Origin: Chitinophagaceae bacterium | GTDB taxonomy: Bacteria; Bacteroidota; Bacteroidia; Chitinophagales; Chitinophagaceae | NCBI GenBank assembly: GCA_036524255.1 | Contig: DATDCP010000463.1 | Location: 1-44,589 of the forward strand | Length of the DNA stretch: 44,589 nt | Direction of reading: 5' to 3' | Shown here: piece after piece, positions 1 to 9,900 of the stretch | Layout: each line of letters starts with the position of its first letter | How positions within the stretch are numbered: the first letter of the stretch is position 1 | Notes under the pieces: model-generated | The model's database searches: none | What the model saw: the letters and a program-made list of their open reading frames with translations, nothing else | Told to the model about the DNA's origin: nothing | Translations under genes and position numbers: made by a program

Positions 1-498
1 ATCAAAAGCGCTGATGTTGGAGAACTTGGTGCAAACATAATTCCAACAAAAGCAGAAGCTATGCTTGACCTCCGACTTGTTTTAGGAAATGAAGTGGATA
101 AACAAATTAATAAAGTGACCAGTCATATTGAGAAAAATGGCTTTCATCTTATCGATCATGAGCCCACAGATGAAGAAAGATTGAAATATAAAAAGCTAAT
201 AAAAATAACCCGTGGTATTGGTTACCCGGCCCAGAGAACCTCTTTTGATCTCCCGATTGCACAAAGCATGGTAAAAGCAATACAAGCGACTGTTGACTAT
301 CCTGTTGTTCTTATCCCCTCAATGGGTGGAAGTTTACCCCTTTATCTTTTTGAAAAAACACTAAATGCAAAACTCATCACAGTTCCTGTTGTAAATTATG
401 ATAACAACCAACATGCAGAAAATGAAAATGTACAGTTGAAATTTTTATGGGAAGGAATTGAAACCATCGCCGCCATTATGGTAATGCAACATCAATAA
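1..498 (+). CDS. M20/M28-type metallopeptidase (dipeptidase-like), C-terminal fragment; the 5' end lies outside the window
   Basis: Frame 1 is open from base 1 straight into the listed ORF 61..498, so the gene starts upstream of the window. The tail (..YPVVLIPSMGGSLPLYLF..NYDNNQHAENENV..) resembles the C-terminal lobe of M20-family peptidases. The family call is from memory only. Confidence 0.5.
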   Translation: MKSADVGELGANIIPTKAEAMLDLRLVLGNEVDKQINKVTSHIEKNGFHLIDHEPTDEERLKYKKLIKITRGIGYPAQRTSFDLPIAQSMVKAIQATVDYPVVLIPSMGGSLPLYLFEKTLNAKLITVPVVNYDNNQHAENENVQLKFLWEGIETIAAIMVMQHQ

Positions 499-517
499 AA
501 ACGTTAACCATCCTTAC

Positions 518-1141
518 TTAACCCTTCGGTTTGGTTACAGGTGGTTTTTGTGTTGTCGTCGGTTGCTTTACGGGATCAGGGTCGTCACCAAGGTAAAGAA
601 GATTTTGAGGTAATTCTGTGAGTTTAAGTTCTCTTGCTACTGCAATAAAAATATTATCGATCTTAAATCCTCCCTCATAAGTTTGAGGTTTTAGTACCAA
701 AGTATATTTTTTTCTTGCCAATACTTTTTTATATGCATTTACTACCAGGTTGTACAAGCCTTGTGATAATACTCCTCTTTTTTCGTTTGATTTGTTTTGA
801 GCGATCTGCTGCCAGTAAACAATATTGACCATTGCTTTTTGCCGGTCGGCATATACCATATCAAGAATTGCTTTTGACTTTTTTCCGGCAGCCACCTGTG
901 CAGAATCTATTTTGTATGTACTGTCGAGCCGCTGGTATTCCGATTCATAATATTCCCGAAGTGATCCTAATGAATCACGGTCAAAAATTTGCATAAGGCT
1001 ATCTACATTTTGATAGCCAGGCATGGCTTGTACCATTACGTCAACATCAAATACACCAATTTTTAATGTTTGTGATCTTGCATCTACTGAAAAGAATAGT
1101 AAAGCAGTAAAACTTAAAGCGAATGATAATATTTTTTTCAT
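518..1141 (-). CDS. OmpH/Skp-family periplasmic chaperone
   Basis: Signal peptide MKKILSFALSFTALLFFSVDARSQ followed by KIGVFDVDVMVQAMPGY, which is typical of OmpH-family N-termini. The ~200-aa size and helical K/Q/E-rich body fit, and there is a Pro/Thr/Lys-rich tail. Confidence 0.7.
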   Translation of the reverse strand: MKKILSFALSFTALLFFSVDARSQTLKIGVFDVDVMVQAMPGYQNVDSLMQIFDRDSLGSLREYYESEYQRLDSTYKIDSAQVAAGKKSKAILDMVYADRQKAMVNIVYWQQIAQNKSNEKRGVLSQGLYNLVVNAYKKVLARKKYTLVLKPQTYEGGFKIDNIFIAVARELKLTELPQNLLYLGDDPDPVKQPTTTQKPPVTKPKG

Positions 1142-1243
1142 AATTAAGAATATTAAAAATCTATAATGTCTTATGGGGACGTGAAAGTAAGATTTACTGT
1201 TGAGTAATTTGCCAGGATAAAAATGATTTTTTATAACTCGTTT

Positions 1244-1633
1244 TTAAAGATTGCTTATGATCATCTCCTGTACCTTTTTCATTTGTTCAGGTGTCATTTT
1301 CAATTTGTCCTTTGTAAAATTCAGATCATTTGCAGAATTAATTGGGATCAAGTGCATGTGTGCATGTGGCACTTCTAACCCGACCACCTCAATACCGCAA
1401 CGATTACAATTGAAAGATCTCTCAATGGCTTTAGCAATAGGCTTTGCAAAGAGTAGCATTTCTGAAAGATATTCATCCGGCAGATCAAAAAATTTATCGA
1501 TCTCAGTTTTAGGTACTACCAATACATGACCTTCACGCAAAGGAAAAATATCAAGAAAAGCAAAGAATTTTTCATTCTCTGCAATTTTATAAGATGGAAT
1601 TTCACCAGCTATGATTTTTGAAAAGATTGTCAT
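1244..1633 (-). CDS. HIT-family (histidine triad) nucleotide hydrolase
   Basis: Carries the histidine triad HAHMHLIP. The N-terminus MTIFSKIIAGEIPSYKI matches canonical HIT starts, so I trimmed the listed ORF (1244..1732) to the internal ATG at 1631..1633. The extra 33 codons lie in a repeat-rich spacer. Confidence 0.85.
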   Translation of the reverse strand: MTIFSKIIAGEIPSYKIAENEKFFAFLDIFPLREGHVLVVPKTEIDKFFDLPDEYLSEMLLFAKPIAKAIERSFNCNRCGIEVVGLEVPHAHMHLIPINSANDLNFTKDKLKMTPEQMKKVQEMIISNL

Positions 1634-1641
1634 ACCACCGA

Positions 1642-1734
1642 AGATTTTAGATTTCAGATTTACGATTGCGGATTTGATGTAGTTCCAATTCATAAGAATA
1701 TTCGACACAAATCTAAAATCTGCAATCCGCAATC
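1642..1734. repeat. Two interleaved perfect inverted repeats in the greA-HIT spacer
   Basis: AGATTTTAGATTT (1642..1654) is the exact reverse complement of AAATCTAAAATCT (1709..1721). GATTGCGGATT (1664..1674) is the exact reverse complement of AATCCGCAATC (1724..1734). The order is L1-L2-R1-R2, so the two helices cross. Confidence 0.8.
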
Positions 1735-1746
1735 TAAAATTTGGAA

Positions 1747-2220
1747 CTAAAGAGAGATATTTTCAACTTTAAACTTCAATATTCCTGCCGGTGCCTGTAC
1801 TTCTGCAACTTCGCCTGGCTTTTTACCAAGCAATCCTTTACCAATTGGTGATGTAACAGAAATTTTCCCCATTTTCAGGTCAGCTTCGTTCTCACTTACC
1901 AATTGATAGGTGACTTGTTTTTTAGTATTCATATTTGTAAGCGTCACCCTTGTAAGGATAGAAACCTTACTTGTATCAATACTGCTTTCATCAAGTACTC
2001 TTGTATTTGCAAGGATGCCTTCCATTTGCGCAATCTTTGACTCTAAATGTCCTTGCGCCTCTTTTGCTGCATCATATTCTGCATTTTCTTTAAGATCTCC
2101 TTTTTCTTTTGCTTCAGCAATGGCCCTTGAAGCCGCTGGGCGGTCAACAGATTTCATACGCTGTAAATCGATCTTCATTTGCTCAAGGGTATCCTTTGTC
2201 ACATAATTAAAACTGCTCAT
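1747..2220 (-). CDS. greA: Transcription elongation factor GreA
   Basis: 157 aa with an N-terminal coiled-coil carrying the acidic tip (..KEKGDLKENAEYDAAKEAQ..) and a C-terminal globular domain (..SPIGKGLLGKKPGEV..). Preceded by a perfect AAGGAGGT. Confidence 0.92.
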   Translation of the reverse strand: MSSFNYVTKDTLEQMKIDLQRMKSVDRPAASRAIAEAKEKGDLKENAEYDAAKEAQGHLESKIAQMEGILANTRVLDESSIDTSKVSILTRVTLTNMNTKKQVTYQLVSENEADLKMGKISVTSPIGKGLLGKKPGEVAEVQAPAGILKFKVENISL

Positions 2221-2264
2221 TATTACCTCCTTTTATATTTACAAACCAGGTGTCACGTTTGCAG

Positions 2265-2305
2265 ACAAAAAAAATAACAACGCCCCAGTGTTTGCTGAAG
2301 CGTTG
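2265..2305 (-). terminator. Intrinsic terminator 45 nt upstream of the greA start codon
   Basis: On the minus strand, CAACGCTTCAG caaaca CTGGGGCGTTG forms 11 bp including two G-U pairs and is followed by ttattttttttg. Confidence 0.65.
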
Positions 2306-2452
2306 CATTTATATATACAAATATAGAAAATTACTTCTTTGGTCGAATGAGAAACAAAAAATTTTCTCAGGGTCTTTCTAAAAATCAGGTTTCAATAGCA
2401 CGAAAGTATACCTAAGGGTTTCAGAAAAGCGGAATAATCAGGCCACTATATT

Positions 2453-3379
2453 TTAAAGAAATCCCAATTTTTGAAGCAAGACCTCACTCATTTTTAAAAA
2501 TGCTTCATGACTATAACCTGCAATATGTGGACTAATGACCACATTGGGCTGATCAAGTAACCAATGAAAAAGTAAGCTTTCTTCGGCTGTTAAAGAAGAT
2601 GGCTTTTCATTTTCTAATACATCTAAACCGGCCCCTGCTATAACCCCATTTATTATCGCCTCCTTCAGATCTTGTGTATTTACAATTTGACCTCTTGACG
2701 TATTTAATATCCAGGGTTTTTGTTTTAGCGATTGAAAAAAATCATGATTTGCTAAATAATGCGTTTCATCGGAAAGAGGTATATGGAAACTGATCGCATC
2801 AGCATAACGACATACCTGCTCAAGGCTTGCTTCCTTTATATACTCTTTACTAAAGCCAAACTTATATTTATCATACGCTAATACTGTTACATTAAACGAC
2901 TGCAGCAATTGAGCAAATGCACTGCCTGTGTTACCATAACCAATAATGCCGATCGTTTTACCATAAAGTTCGGTGCCCCTGTTCTCATCACGCAACCATC
3001 TACCTTCTTTCAATTCCTTTTGCACTGAGTGAATTTTATTCATCAGGGTTAATAATAATGCCAGCGTATGCTCGGCTACCGCATTTCTATTTCCTTCAGG
3101 GCTGCTGAGGCATTTTATTCCTTTGCTTTCCGCATACTTTACATCTATCAATTCCATTCCGCTTCCAAGTCGACCTATCCACTTAAGATCATTTGCTTTA
3201 TCAATTAAATCCGAATCTACTTTTATTCTTGTAGTTATTACCAGTCCCTCCACTTCATTCATTTGATTAAACAATTCATCATATGAGATCGCAGGTGCAT
3301 TGATAACTTCAAACCCTTTCTGCTTAAGCGTATCGATCAATAATTCATGCGCCTTTGCTGTAATAATAACTTTACTCAT
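2453..3379 (-). CDS. D-isomer-specific 2-hydroxyacid dehydrogenase (phosphoglycerate-dehydrogenase-like), NAD-binding
   Basis: Rossmann motif [16 protein letters not shown], the catalytic-region pattern ..NTSRG..V.. and PHIAGYS, in 308 aa. Confidence 0.8.
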   Translation of the reverse strand: MSKVIITAKAHELLIDTLKQKGFEVINAPAISYDELFNQMNEVEGLVITTRIKVDSDLIDKANDLKWIGRLGSGMELIDVKYAESKGIKCLSSPEGNRNAVAEHTLALLLTLMNKIHSVQKELKEGRWLRDENRGTELYGKTIGIIGYGNTGSAFAQLLQSFNVTVLAYDKYKFGFSKEYIKEASLEQVCRYADAISFHIPLSDETHYLANHDFFQSLKQKPWILNTSRGQIVNTQDLKEAIINGVIAGAGLDVLENEKPSSLTAEESLLFHWLLDQPNVVISPHIAGYSHEAFLKMSEVLLQKLGFL

Positions 3380-3384
3380 TCCTC

Positions 3385-4137
3385 TTATTTCATTTTAAAA
3401 CTAAGCTCACCAAATTCTTTTACTGATAAATGTTCCGCTCTTTTATTAAATATTTCATCTTTCAATATCGTCGGATCGAATAGATGTCTAACAGCATTTC
3501 GCAGCATCTTTCTGCGTTGATTAAACGCCGCTTTTACTAGTCGAAAAAAAGATCCCTCATCCTTCATAGCAACATTTTTTCCCAAAGGCAATAACCTGAT
3601 CACAGCGCTTTTTACTTTGGGCGGAGGTGTAAAAGATGATTCGCTTACTTCAAAAAGATATTCAACTTTAAAAAAAGCTTGTACCAACACACTGGTAACG
3701 CCATAAGTTTTGCTTCCTTCTTTTGCAGCTACTCTTTGTGCCACTTCTTTTTGAAACATCCCTACCACGTTCTCTACATCTTCTTTCCATTCAAGCACCT
3801 TAAACAATATCTGAGATGAAATGTTGTAAGGGAAATTCCCTGTTACAGAGAACCTTTCATTAAAAGGCTTTTCCATGTCAAGGAAATTTTGGTTGATCAG
3901 TTTGCCTTTTAAACCAGCATAAGTGACAAGCAAATAATCTACTTTTTCTGCATCAAGCTCCACTGCCTTAAATTCAATAGTTGGTATTTCCAGCAGGTAT
4001 TTGGTCAACGCACCCCCACCAGGCCCCACTTCAAGCAATTTTTGATGAGGATATTCCTGTATAGCATCCACAATTTTTTTGCAAATGTTTTCATCTTTTA
4101 AAAAATGCTGCCCCAGGGATTTTTTTAGCGTATACAT
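3385..4137 (-). CDS. rsmA: 16S rRNA (adenine1518/1519-N6)-dimethyltransferase RsmA/KsgA
   Basis: N-terminal [14 protein letters not shown]-binding [12 protein letters not shown] and NFPYNISS motif, in 250 aa. Confidence 0.9.
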   Translation of the reverse strand: MYTLKKSLGQHFLKDENICKKIVDAIQEYPHQKLLEVGPGGGALTKYLLEIPTIEFKAVELDAEKVDYLLVTYAGLKGKLINQNFLDMEKPFNERFSVTGNFPYNISSQILFKVLEWKEDVENVVGMFQKEVAQRVAAKEGSKTYGVTSVLVQAFFKVEYLFEVSESSFTPPPKVKSAVIRLLPLGKNVAMKDEGSFFRLVKAAFNQRRKMLRNAVRHLFDPTILKDEIFNKRAEHLSVKEFGELSFKMK

Positions 4138-4176
4138 TCTTGCAAATGTACTGGCTTGTTTTTTTAAAATTTTCTA

Positions 4177-4205
4177 AATAAAAAACCTCCCTGCAGCAAG
4201 GGAGG
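4177..4205 (-). terminator. Intrinsic terminator after the 4235..6220 gene
   Basis: On the minus strand, CCTCCC ttgctgca GGGAGG is followed by ttttttattt. Confidence 0.75.
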
Positions 4206-4234
4206 TCTTTAATAAAAACAATTATGAAAACCTG

Positions 4235-6220
4235 CTATTCCAAAACAACAAAACGTGTAGTAAGTGTTTCCTGGTTTATTTTTAATAAGGCATTATATAC
4301 GCCAGGCTGCCAATTTTCATTGGTCTCGGCTGTAAATATATTTGTGCCTTTTTTAAGCATTTGATTTATCACTGAAACTGTTCGGCCCTGCATATCGACA
4401 AATAAAATTTTTGCCTGTGTATCCGATGATGAGGTTATACTCATTTGAAATTTTCCACGCACCGGGTTTGGCGAAATTGTAATACCTGTCTTTAATGATG
4501 ATTTTGTATCAATTCTTAAAATACGACTGTATGAAAAAGAGCCATCCTGGTTTATCATTCTAATTCGAAACTCAACAAATGAAGAAGCTCCAAATGGAAG
4601 ATCATAATTAAAATTGTAAGTGGCATCTTCTTTTAAATTGCCATTAGCAGAGACTGTTCCTGCATCAACAAACCCTCCGCCATTTATGCTTGATTCAACT
4701 ACAAAAGATCTTACAGTTGAATTATTCGTCACAGTCCATTGCAATTCAGCTTTTTTATCACCTGAATTAAGGACTCCTGAAAAAGATCTGAACCTTGCAG
4801 GAAGTACGTTACAAGTGGTGTCTCTTAGAATAGTTATGGTATCGGTTGCATAAGCATTACAACCTGCCATCAATCTTTGTGTTACAATATATGTTCCAGG
4901 CTGATTCACTTGTATCCAGCTACCAGAAGGATGTGTATAAACGATATTACCTCCGATAGTAGACCACGAATAAACAGAAGTTGAATGTGGATTCGCAACA
5001 TAAATATCACTTACTATGGTGTCAGCCATTCCACAAAAAACAGGAAGTTCTGCAGCTAAATCAGCTCTTGGAGCCAAGAATAGATCAATAGGAGCAACAA
5101 AGTCTTTCAACTCTGCAGTAAATGATGAAGATGCCCTTGTTTTTACAACAAGCCTGTTAAATGGTGATCCGCAGACATCTCCTCCTAATAAGGTTACAGG
5201 ATCAAGTCCAAGTTTGGAAAGGTTAACTGAAAATTCCATGAATTGATCCTTACCATAGTTAACTGCCATACTATTATCCTGCAACACTGTTTGAAAAGGA
5301 CCTGCCCATGTATTGGTATTGCTACCTAAACCTGTATAAAATGCCCCGGCAGTTTTTGGTAAAATACTTGCATAACCATAAACTGCACCTGCACTGGCAC
5401 CATCAAATTGGCCTGACCAATTGAATTGTGTAGGTATTATACTTAATGCAGATTGATGTACCCAGATACGGGCTTCTATATTTGTCAAGGTAGAACTCTG
5501 ATACTGTCCTGTTAAAATAATATCTCCGGGTCTTGTAATATTTCCAGCTGCATCAAACTGCCAGCTGGTGTGTCCTGCATCAGCACCATAACCATAAAAT
5601 TTGCCTGTTGCCCTGTCATAATAAATATCTGTCTGGTACATCTCAAAATCGAAATAACGGTTACCAGTTGTATTATCTAATGACAGACCACCAAACATCC
5701 ATAAAGAGTCAGTAACATTTGGCCCAGCTCTTCTTACATGCATGAAAACGTCAAGTATATCATTTTTGTCAGGAATTGATTGTACTCCACCTGTCCAATC
5801 TGCGGGACTCATTCCATTTTTATCTGATCCAGCAGTAAAAACAGATGAATCATTTCCATGATAATCCCTTACAAATATTGCATCAAGCCAAAGCCTGTTG
5901 TTTACAACAGTAAACTTCGGCCTGCTCATTGAACGAAATAAAGGAGCCATTCTTTTTGGCCAGGGGGAGACGTCGCTTAAATAACCAGCAACAACGGATG
6001 CAGCACCGGTAGTATCGATCACAAAAAATCCAGTTCCGGCGGTACCATTATTAAACCAATCATCATTTCCGCTTTGTACGAAACCATTGAAATAGTTTGC
6101 CCTTAGATCGGCATCTACTCCAAATGCGGCCTTAATAATTGGCGTGGTAATTTGTGCGGAAATAAAGACCGAAAAAAATACCACCCCTATAACAGTGAGT
6201 AAAATTTGTTTCATAAGCAT
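4235..6220 (-). CDS. Secreted protein of unknown function with FN3-like module and T9SS C-terminal sorting domain
   Basis: Signal peptide ..VVFFSVFISAQ. The C-terminus has ELQWTV..FVVESSINGGGF..FRIRMINQDGSFSYSRIL, then ISPNPVRGKF.. ..GVYNALLKINQETLTTRFVVLE, which is the Por_Secre_tail pattern. Confidence 0.75.
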   Translation of the reverse strand: MLMKQILLTVIGVVFFSVFISAQITTPIIKAAFGVDADLRANYFNGFVQSGNDDWFNNGTAGTGFFVIDTTGAASVVAGYLSDVSPWPKRMAPLFRSMSRPKFTVVNNRLWLDAIFVRDYHGNDSSVFTAGSDKNGMSPADWTGGVQSIPDKNDILDVFMHVRRAGPNVTDSLWMFGGLSLDNTTGNRYFDFEMYQTDIYYDRATGKFYGYGADAGHTSWQFDAAGNITRPGDIILTGQYQSSTLTNIEARIWVHQSALSIIPTQFNWSGQFDGASAGAVYGYASILPKTAGAFYTGLGSNTNTWAGPFQTVLQDNSMAVNYGKDQFMEFSVNLSKLGLDPVTLLGGDVCGSPFNRLVVKTRASSSFTAELKDFVAPIDLFLAPRADLAAELPVFCGMADTIVSDIYVANPHSTSVYSWSTIGGNIVYTHPSGSWIQVNQPGTYIVTQRLMAGCNAYATDTITILRDTTCNVLPARFRSFSGVLNSGDKKAELQWTVTNNSTVRSFVVESSINGGGFVDAGTVSANGNLKEDATYNFNYDLPFGASSFVEFRIRMINQDGSFSYSRILRIDTKSSLKTGITISPNPVRGKFQMSITSSSDTQAKILFVDMQGRTVSVINQMLKKGTNIFTAETNENWQPGVYNALLKINQETLTTRFVVLE

Positions 6221-6254
6221 AAATTGATATCCTCAAAATCATTCTCTCAATACT

Positions 6255-6297
6255 TAAATAAACAGGAAAAGAAAAGGTGGTGGTGGACCTTTCCTGC
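6255..6297 (-). terminator. Probable intrinsic terminator after the 134-aa gene
   Basis: On the minus strand, stem CAGGAAA/TTTCCTG is followed by tttattta. Confidence 0.55.
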
Positions 6298-6310
6298 TTA
6301 AATAAATAAT

Positions 6311-6715
6311 TTAACGTTGTACAACACGGATCGTTTCTACAGGAGAATAATGGGTAGTGCCATCATTCATGTGACAAGCAACCCTGTAATAAATCATTCC
6401 AGGAAAAATGCCTTCATCTTTCCATGAAAATTTTACTGCGCTGTTACAAGGGATCTCATTGATAACATCATAGAATTCACCGAGATCATAAGATCTTTCA
6501 ATGGTAAAGCATGTAACACCTGCTGGCGAATCAATACCCCAGTTCAATACAACATTCTTTTTTGACTGGTGATGAATACGGAAATAAGTAAAGTCATGTG
6601 CTACATTACCTGAAACAGAAGTAGTTGTATTATTAGCAACTGTTTCATTTTTACCTGAAAACGTAAAGCCGGTGAATGCAATAAATGCAACGGCAAAAAC
6701 AAAAAGCTTTTTCAT
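6311..6715 (-). CDS. Small secreted protein consisting only of a signal peptide plus one FN3-like 'LNW..ERS..G..F..YYR' module
   Basis: Signal peptide MKKLFVFAVAFIAFTGFTFS, then VLNWGIDSPAGVTCFTIERSYDLGEFYDVI..YYRVACHMNDGTTHYSPVETI. There is no T9SS tail. Confidence 0.65.
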   Translation of the reverse strand: MKKLFVFAVAFIAFTGFTFSGKNETVANNTTTSVSGNVAHDFTYFRIHHQSKKNVVLNWGIDSPAGVTCFTIERSYDLGEFYDVINEIPCNSAVKFSWKDEGIFPGMIYYRVACHMNDGTTHYSPVETIRVVQR

Positions 6716-6849
6716 AAGGTAGAATTTTTAATGATATGAAAGTAGTCCAGGCTAGTTCCCCCAACAAGGAACATTTACCAATAAAATACACTCAGAACAT
6801 CCAATTCAACTTTGAATTTTTAGGGTTAAATCAGGAGGTAGGCTTACTA

Positions 6850-6880
6850 AGAAAAAACCCTCTCCAAAAAGAAGAGGGTT
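6850..6880 (-). terminator. Intrinsic terminator after the giant repeat protein gene
   Basis: On the minus strand, AACCCTCT tctttttgg AGAGGGTT is followed by ttttttc. Confidence 0.7.
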
Positions 6881-6921
6881 TTAATAACAAATGTAATGGG
6901 TGTTTAAAGTTTTTGATTGGC

Positions 6922-9900
6922 TTAACCTCTTTTTATAATTTTTCTATTAATAACATTATTGTCTGAAATTACTCGTAGAATATAAAAGCCTGCTGGAAGT
7001 TTCTCTGTATTATCAATATTAATTCTATTTCTGCCTTTTACCAGGTTATAACTTCCAACCTTCACCTTATGCTGGTATTGATCTAGAATTTCAACCTGAA
7101 CTAATCCATCATCACCAGAAATAAGATCAAATTTCACATTCGAATTGAACGGGTTGATCAAAGACTCGATTTGAAGCCCAGCTTTATCACCTATTAATTG
7201 AATTACTTTAGAATATTTAAATTTATTATCCTGCGTATTAATTGCCTTTATTCTATAATAGCTAATTGTATTGTCTAAGAGTTCCGGGTCTGTAAACCGA
7301 TAAGAATTATTTTCAGCATCGGGATGTTTGAATCCTACCAGTTCACCGATCTTTTCAAAATAGCTGCCATCCTTACTTCTTTGAATTTCGTAAGTCACAG
7401 GTGTGGTTTCCTTTGAGGTATTCAAATACAATACAGCTTGATTATTTTCATTCCTTCCCCGGAAAGAAAGGATATCATTATTTAAAAGGAACCCACATGG
7501 ATCAACATTAAGAGTTATTTCAGCTGTTTCATTGAACTTGCAAGTAGAGCTGGCAAGATTTGAAGCTGATGTTGCTACTGCCACCCTATATACACTGCCA
7601 CTATCAGAATAATAGCCAATAAATGGAGGATAATCTACAGTATACTCATATTCCGATCCATTCCAGGTTGGACTTGCAGTTCCACCGATTCCTGTAGAAG
7701 TCCAGGTAACGCCGCCATCTATACTTTTTTCCCACCTATAATGATTATAGTTGTTGTAGAATGAGCGTACAACAGTTGACATTTCAACTAAATTACTATC
7801 GCATAAGAAAGGGTTTGGACCGGGAAGCAAATCCAGTTCGGGACTACAGGTCTTCAGGGCTATATCATCGATCGCCCAGTCATTTCCGCCACCACCAGGT
7901 GCATTATTTCTAAGGGACATGGTGAAGCTGGTTTGCGATGGCCCGGTTTTATATACAAAAGCTCTTTGAACCCATTGATTCAGGGTATCCGATCCTGTTT
8001 GGGTTCCGCCCAATCCCATGTAACGTAAATTACCGGTGGTATAATAGTCCACACCATCTATTGCAATTGCGATATTAGGTCTGACACCTGTAGAATCGCC
8101 TGGACCAGTTGGAAGGTAACTGCCGTTACTTGAAAAACGACCAAGCGAATCACAACCACATTTATAACAAATATTTTTAAACCAGGCGGATATTTCATAG
8201 TACGTGTCAGGGCAAGCGCCTGAAACATTAAAATCAAAAGCAATGTCAGTTTTATAAGAGGCGTTAATTGCCAGCATATATCCGCCAGAACTACCAGGAC
8301 TAGCTGGCAAATTTCCTTTAGTCAAATTCGTTGCGCCAGTATGGTCACCACTGATATCCCAAACACCGTGAACACGGGCTGCATTGGATTTAGTCAATAA
8401 TTGATTCGTGGATCCGAGAGCACTGGTATTATTCGGAATTCCATAGTAGTAATCTTGTGGAGTACTTGTGTTAAATGGTGTATATAAATAATTGGTATTA
8501 GGTGATGTGCCCCTGTTTTGTGTGGTTCCTGTTCCAAATGTTCCGTTACTTTCATCACCCAAAATATTCGTTTGCGACACACTGTTCGGGCATGAACCAG
8601 GGCTTTGAAAAATCATAATGCTGTCAGGTGGGAATTGGATAGTAGAATAAACACCGGTAGTTTGATCACGATAACTGAATGCGCCACCTCCAAAATTTAT
8701 TGTCTGACCATAGGATGCATTTACCACGACCCGATAGGTGGCAAGAATAATACAGTTCGCACTGGTGCCGGTATTAAATCTCGGTACAGATGCACTATTT
8801 AAAGTACCTCTTGCTGTTCTGCTTGCTCCTGTTCCCATATTAATTTGAATGGCTGTGTCAGTTCCTACACCTCCCGCGATCATCCACCCCGCATCAGAAT
8901 CAGCATTACTTTCAGTGAAGTATTTATATCGTTTCCCTTCGTTTGTTCTTAGTGCTATAGAATCATAATAGTGCAAACCACCACCTGCTTTCAATGTATC
9001 ATAATAAGCGACACTGTCGATAAATCTTATACCGCCTCCGTTTGGCCTTACAACCAGCGTAGCCCTTATTTCTAAAATATCTCCCGGATCTATTGTGCCC
9101 CCCGTAGCGGTATCACTCAAGTTTACATAGCTTTTCGAATAATCCAGTATCGCACTTGCTGTTGCAACGGGGTCGGTGACACAAATAGTAAATCCATATG
9201 TACCACCTGCAGGAGGTGCCATATTTGTATTTGTAGTTATTCTTATGTAATACGTGTTACCTACAATCAATCCTGCTCCTCCTGGTGTTGTGGCTGTGTT
9301 TAATGTTGTTGGTGAAGCTGCAACTGTCAGGCAGGCAAGAGAGGTTGCAATACCACCGCAGCCTCCTGAAAAAGTAAGTAATTGTATTCTGGGACTGGCT
9401 GTAAGCAGATTTCCACCAATATTGTCGAGTCTAATTGAAGGATATGCAGTTTGAGCAACAAAACTGTACCATACCTCCGGAGATGAAGCATTACCACATC
9501 CTGGTAAGCCTGCTGTTGCAGTTGCATTTACTAATGTACCTGCTATATTTGAACAGGTAGTTCCACTTGTTAACATAGTTGCGCCTGTACATAAATCATT
9601 AGAAGGTGCTGCTGCTGCAGCAGTTATACAAATATTGAAATTGGCGACAGTACCTGTACCCGAAGGGTTTACCCCAAAATTGGCAATTCTTACATAGTAT
9701 GTTGTACCAATCAATAATCCTCCTTGTGTCAACGTATAAGTTGACGCACAACCTACAGGAACAAGTGCAGCACAAATTCCACTGAATATTTGAATTCTTT
9801 GCGCAGTAAAACTTGAACCTATACTACCTAATGTAATTGTATGAGAAGCCGCAGTAGCAACAAATGAATACCATACATCATAATAAGTCCCTGCTGCAAC

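Noticed and set aside
1634-1732. N-terminal extensions of listed ORFs (1634..1732, 11347..11418, 11463..11525, 16850..16888, 19792..19845).
   Set aside because: In each case an internal ATG gives a canonical family N-terminus or signal peptide. The extra residues run into promoter or repeat sequence, so I trimmed the starts.
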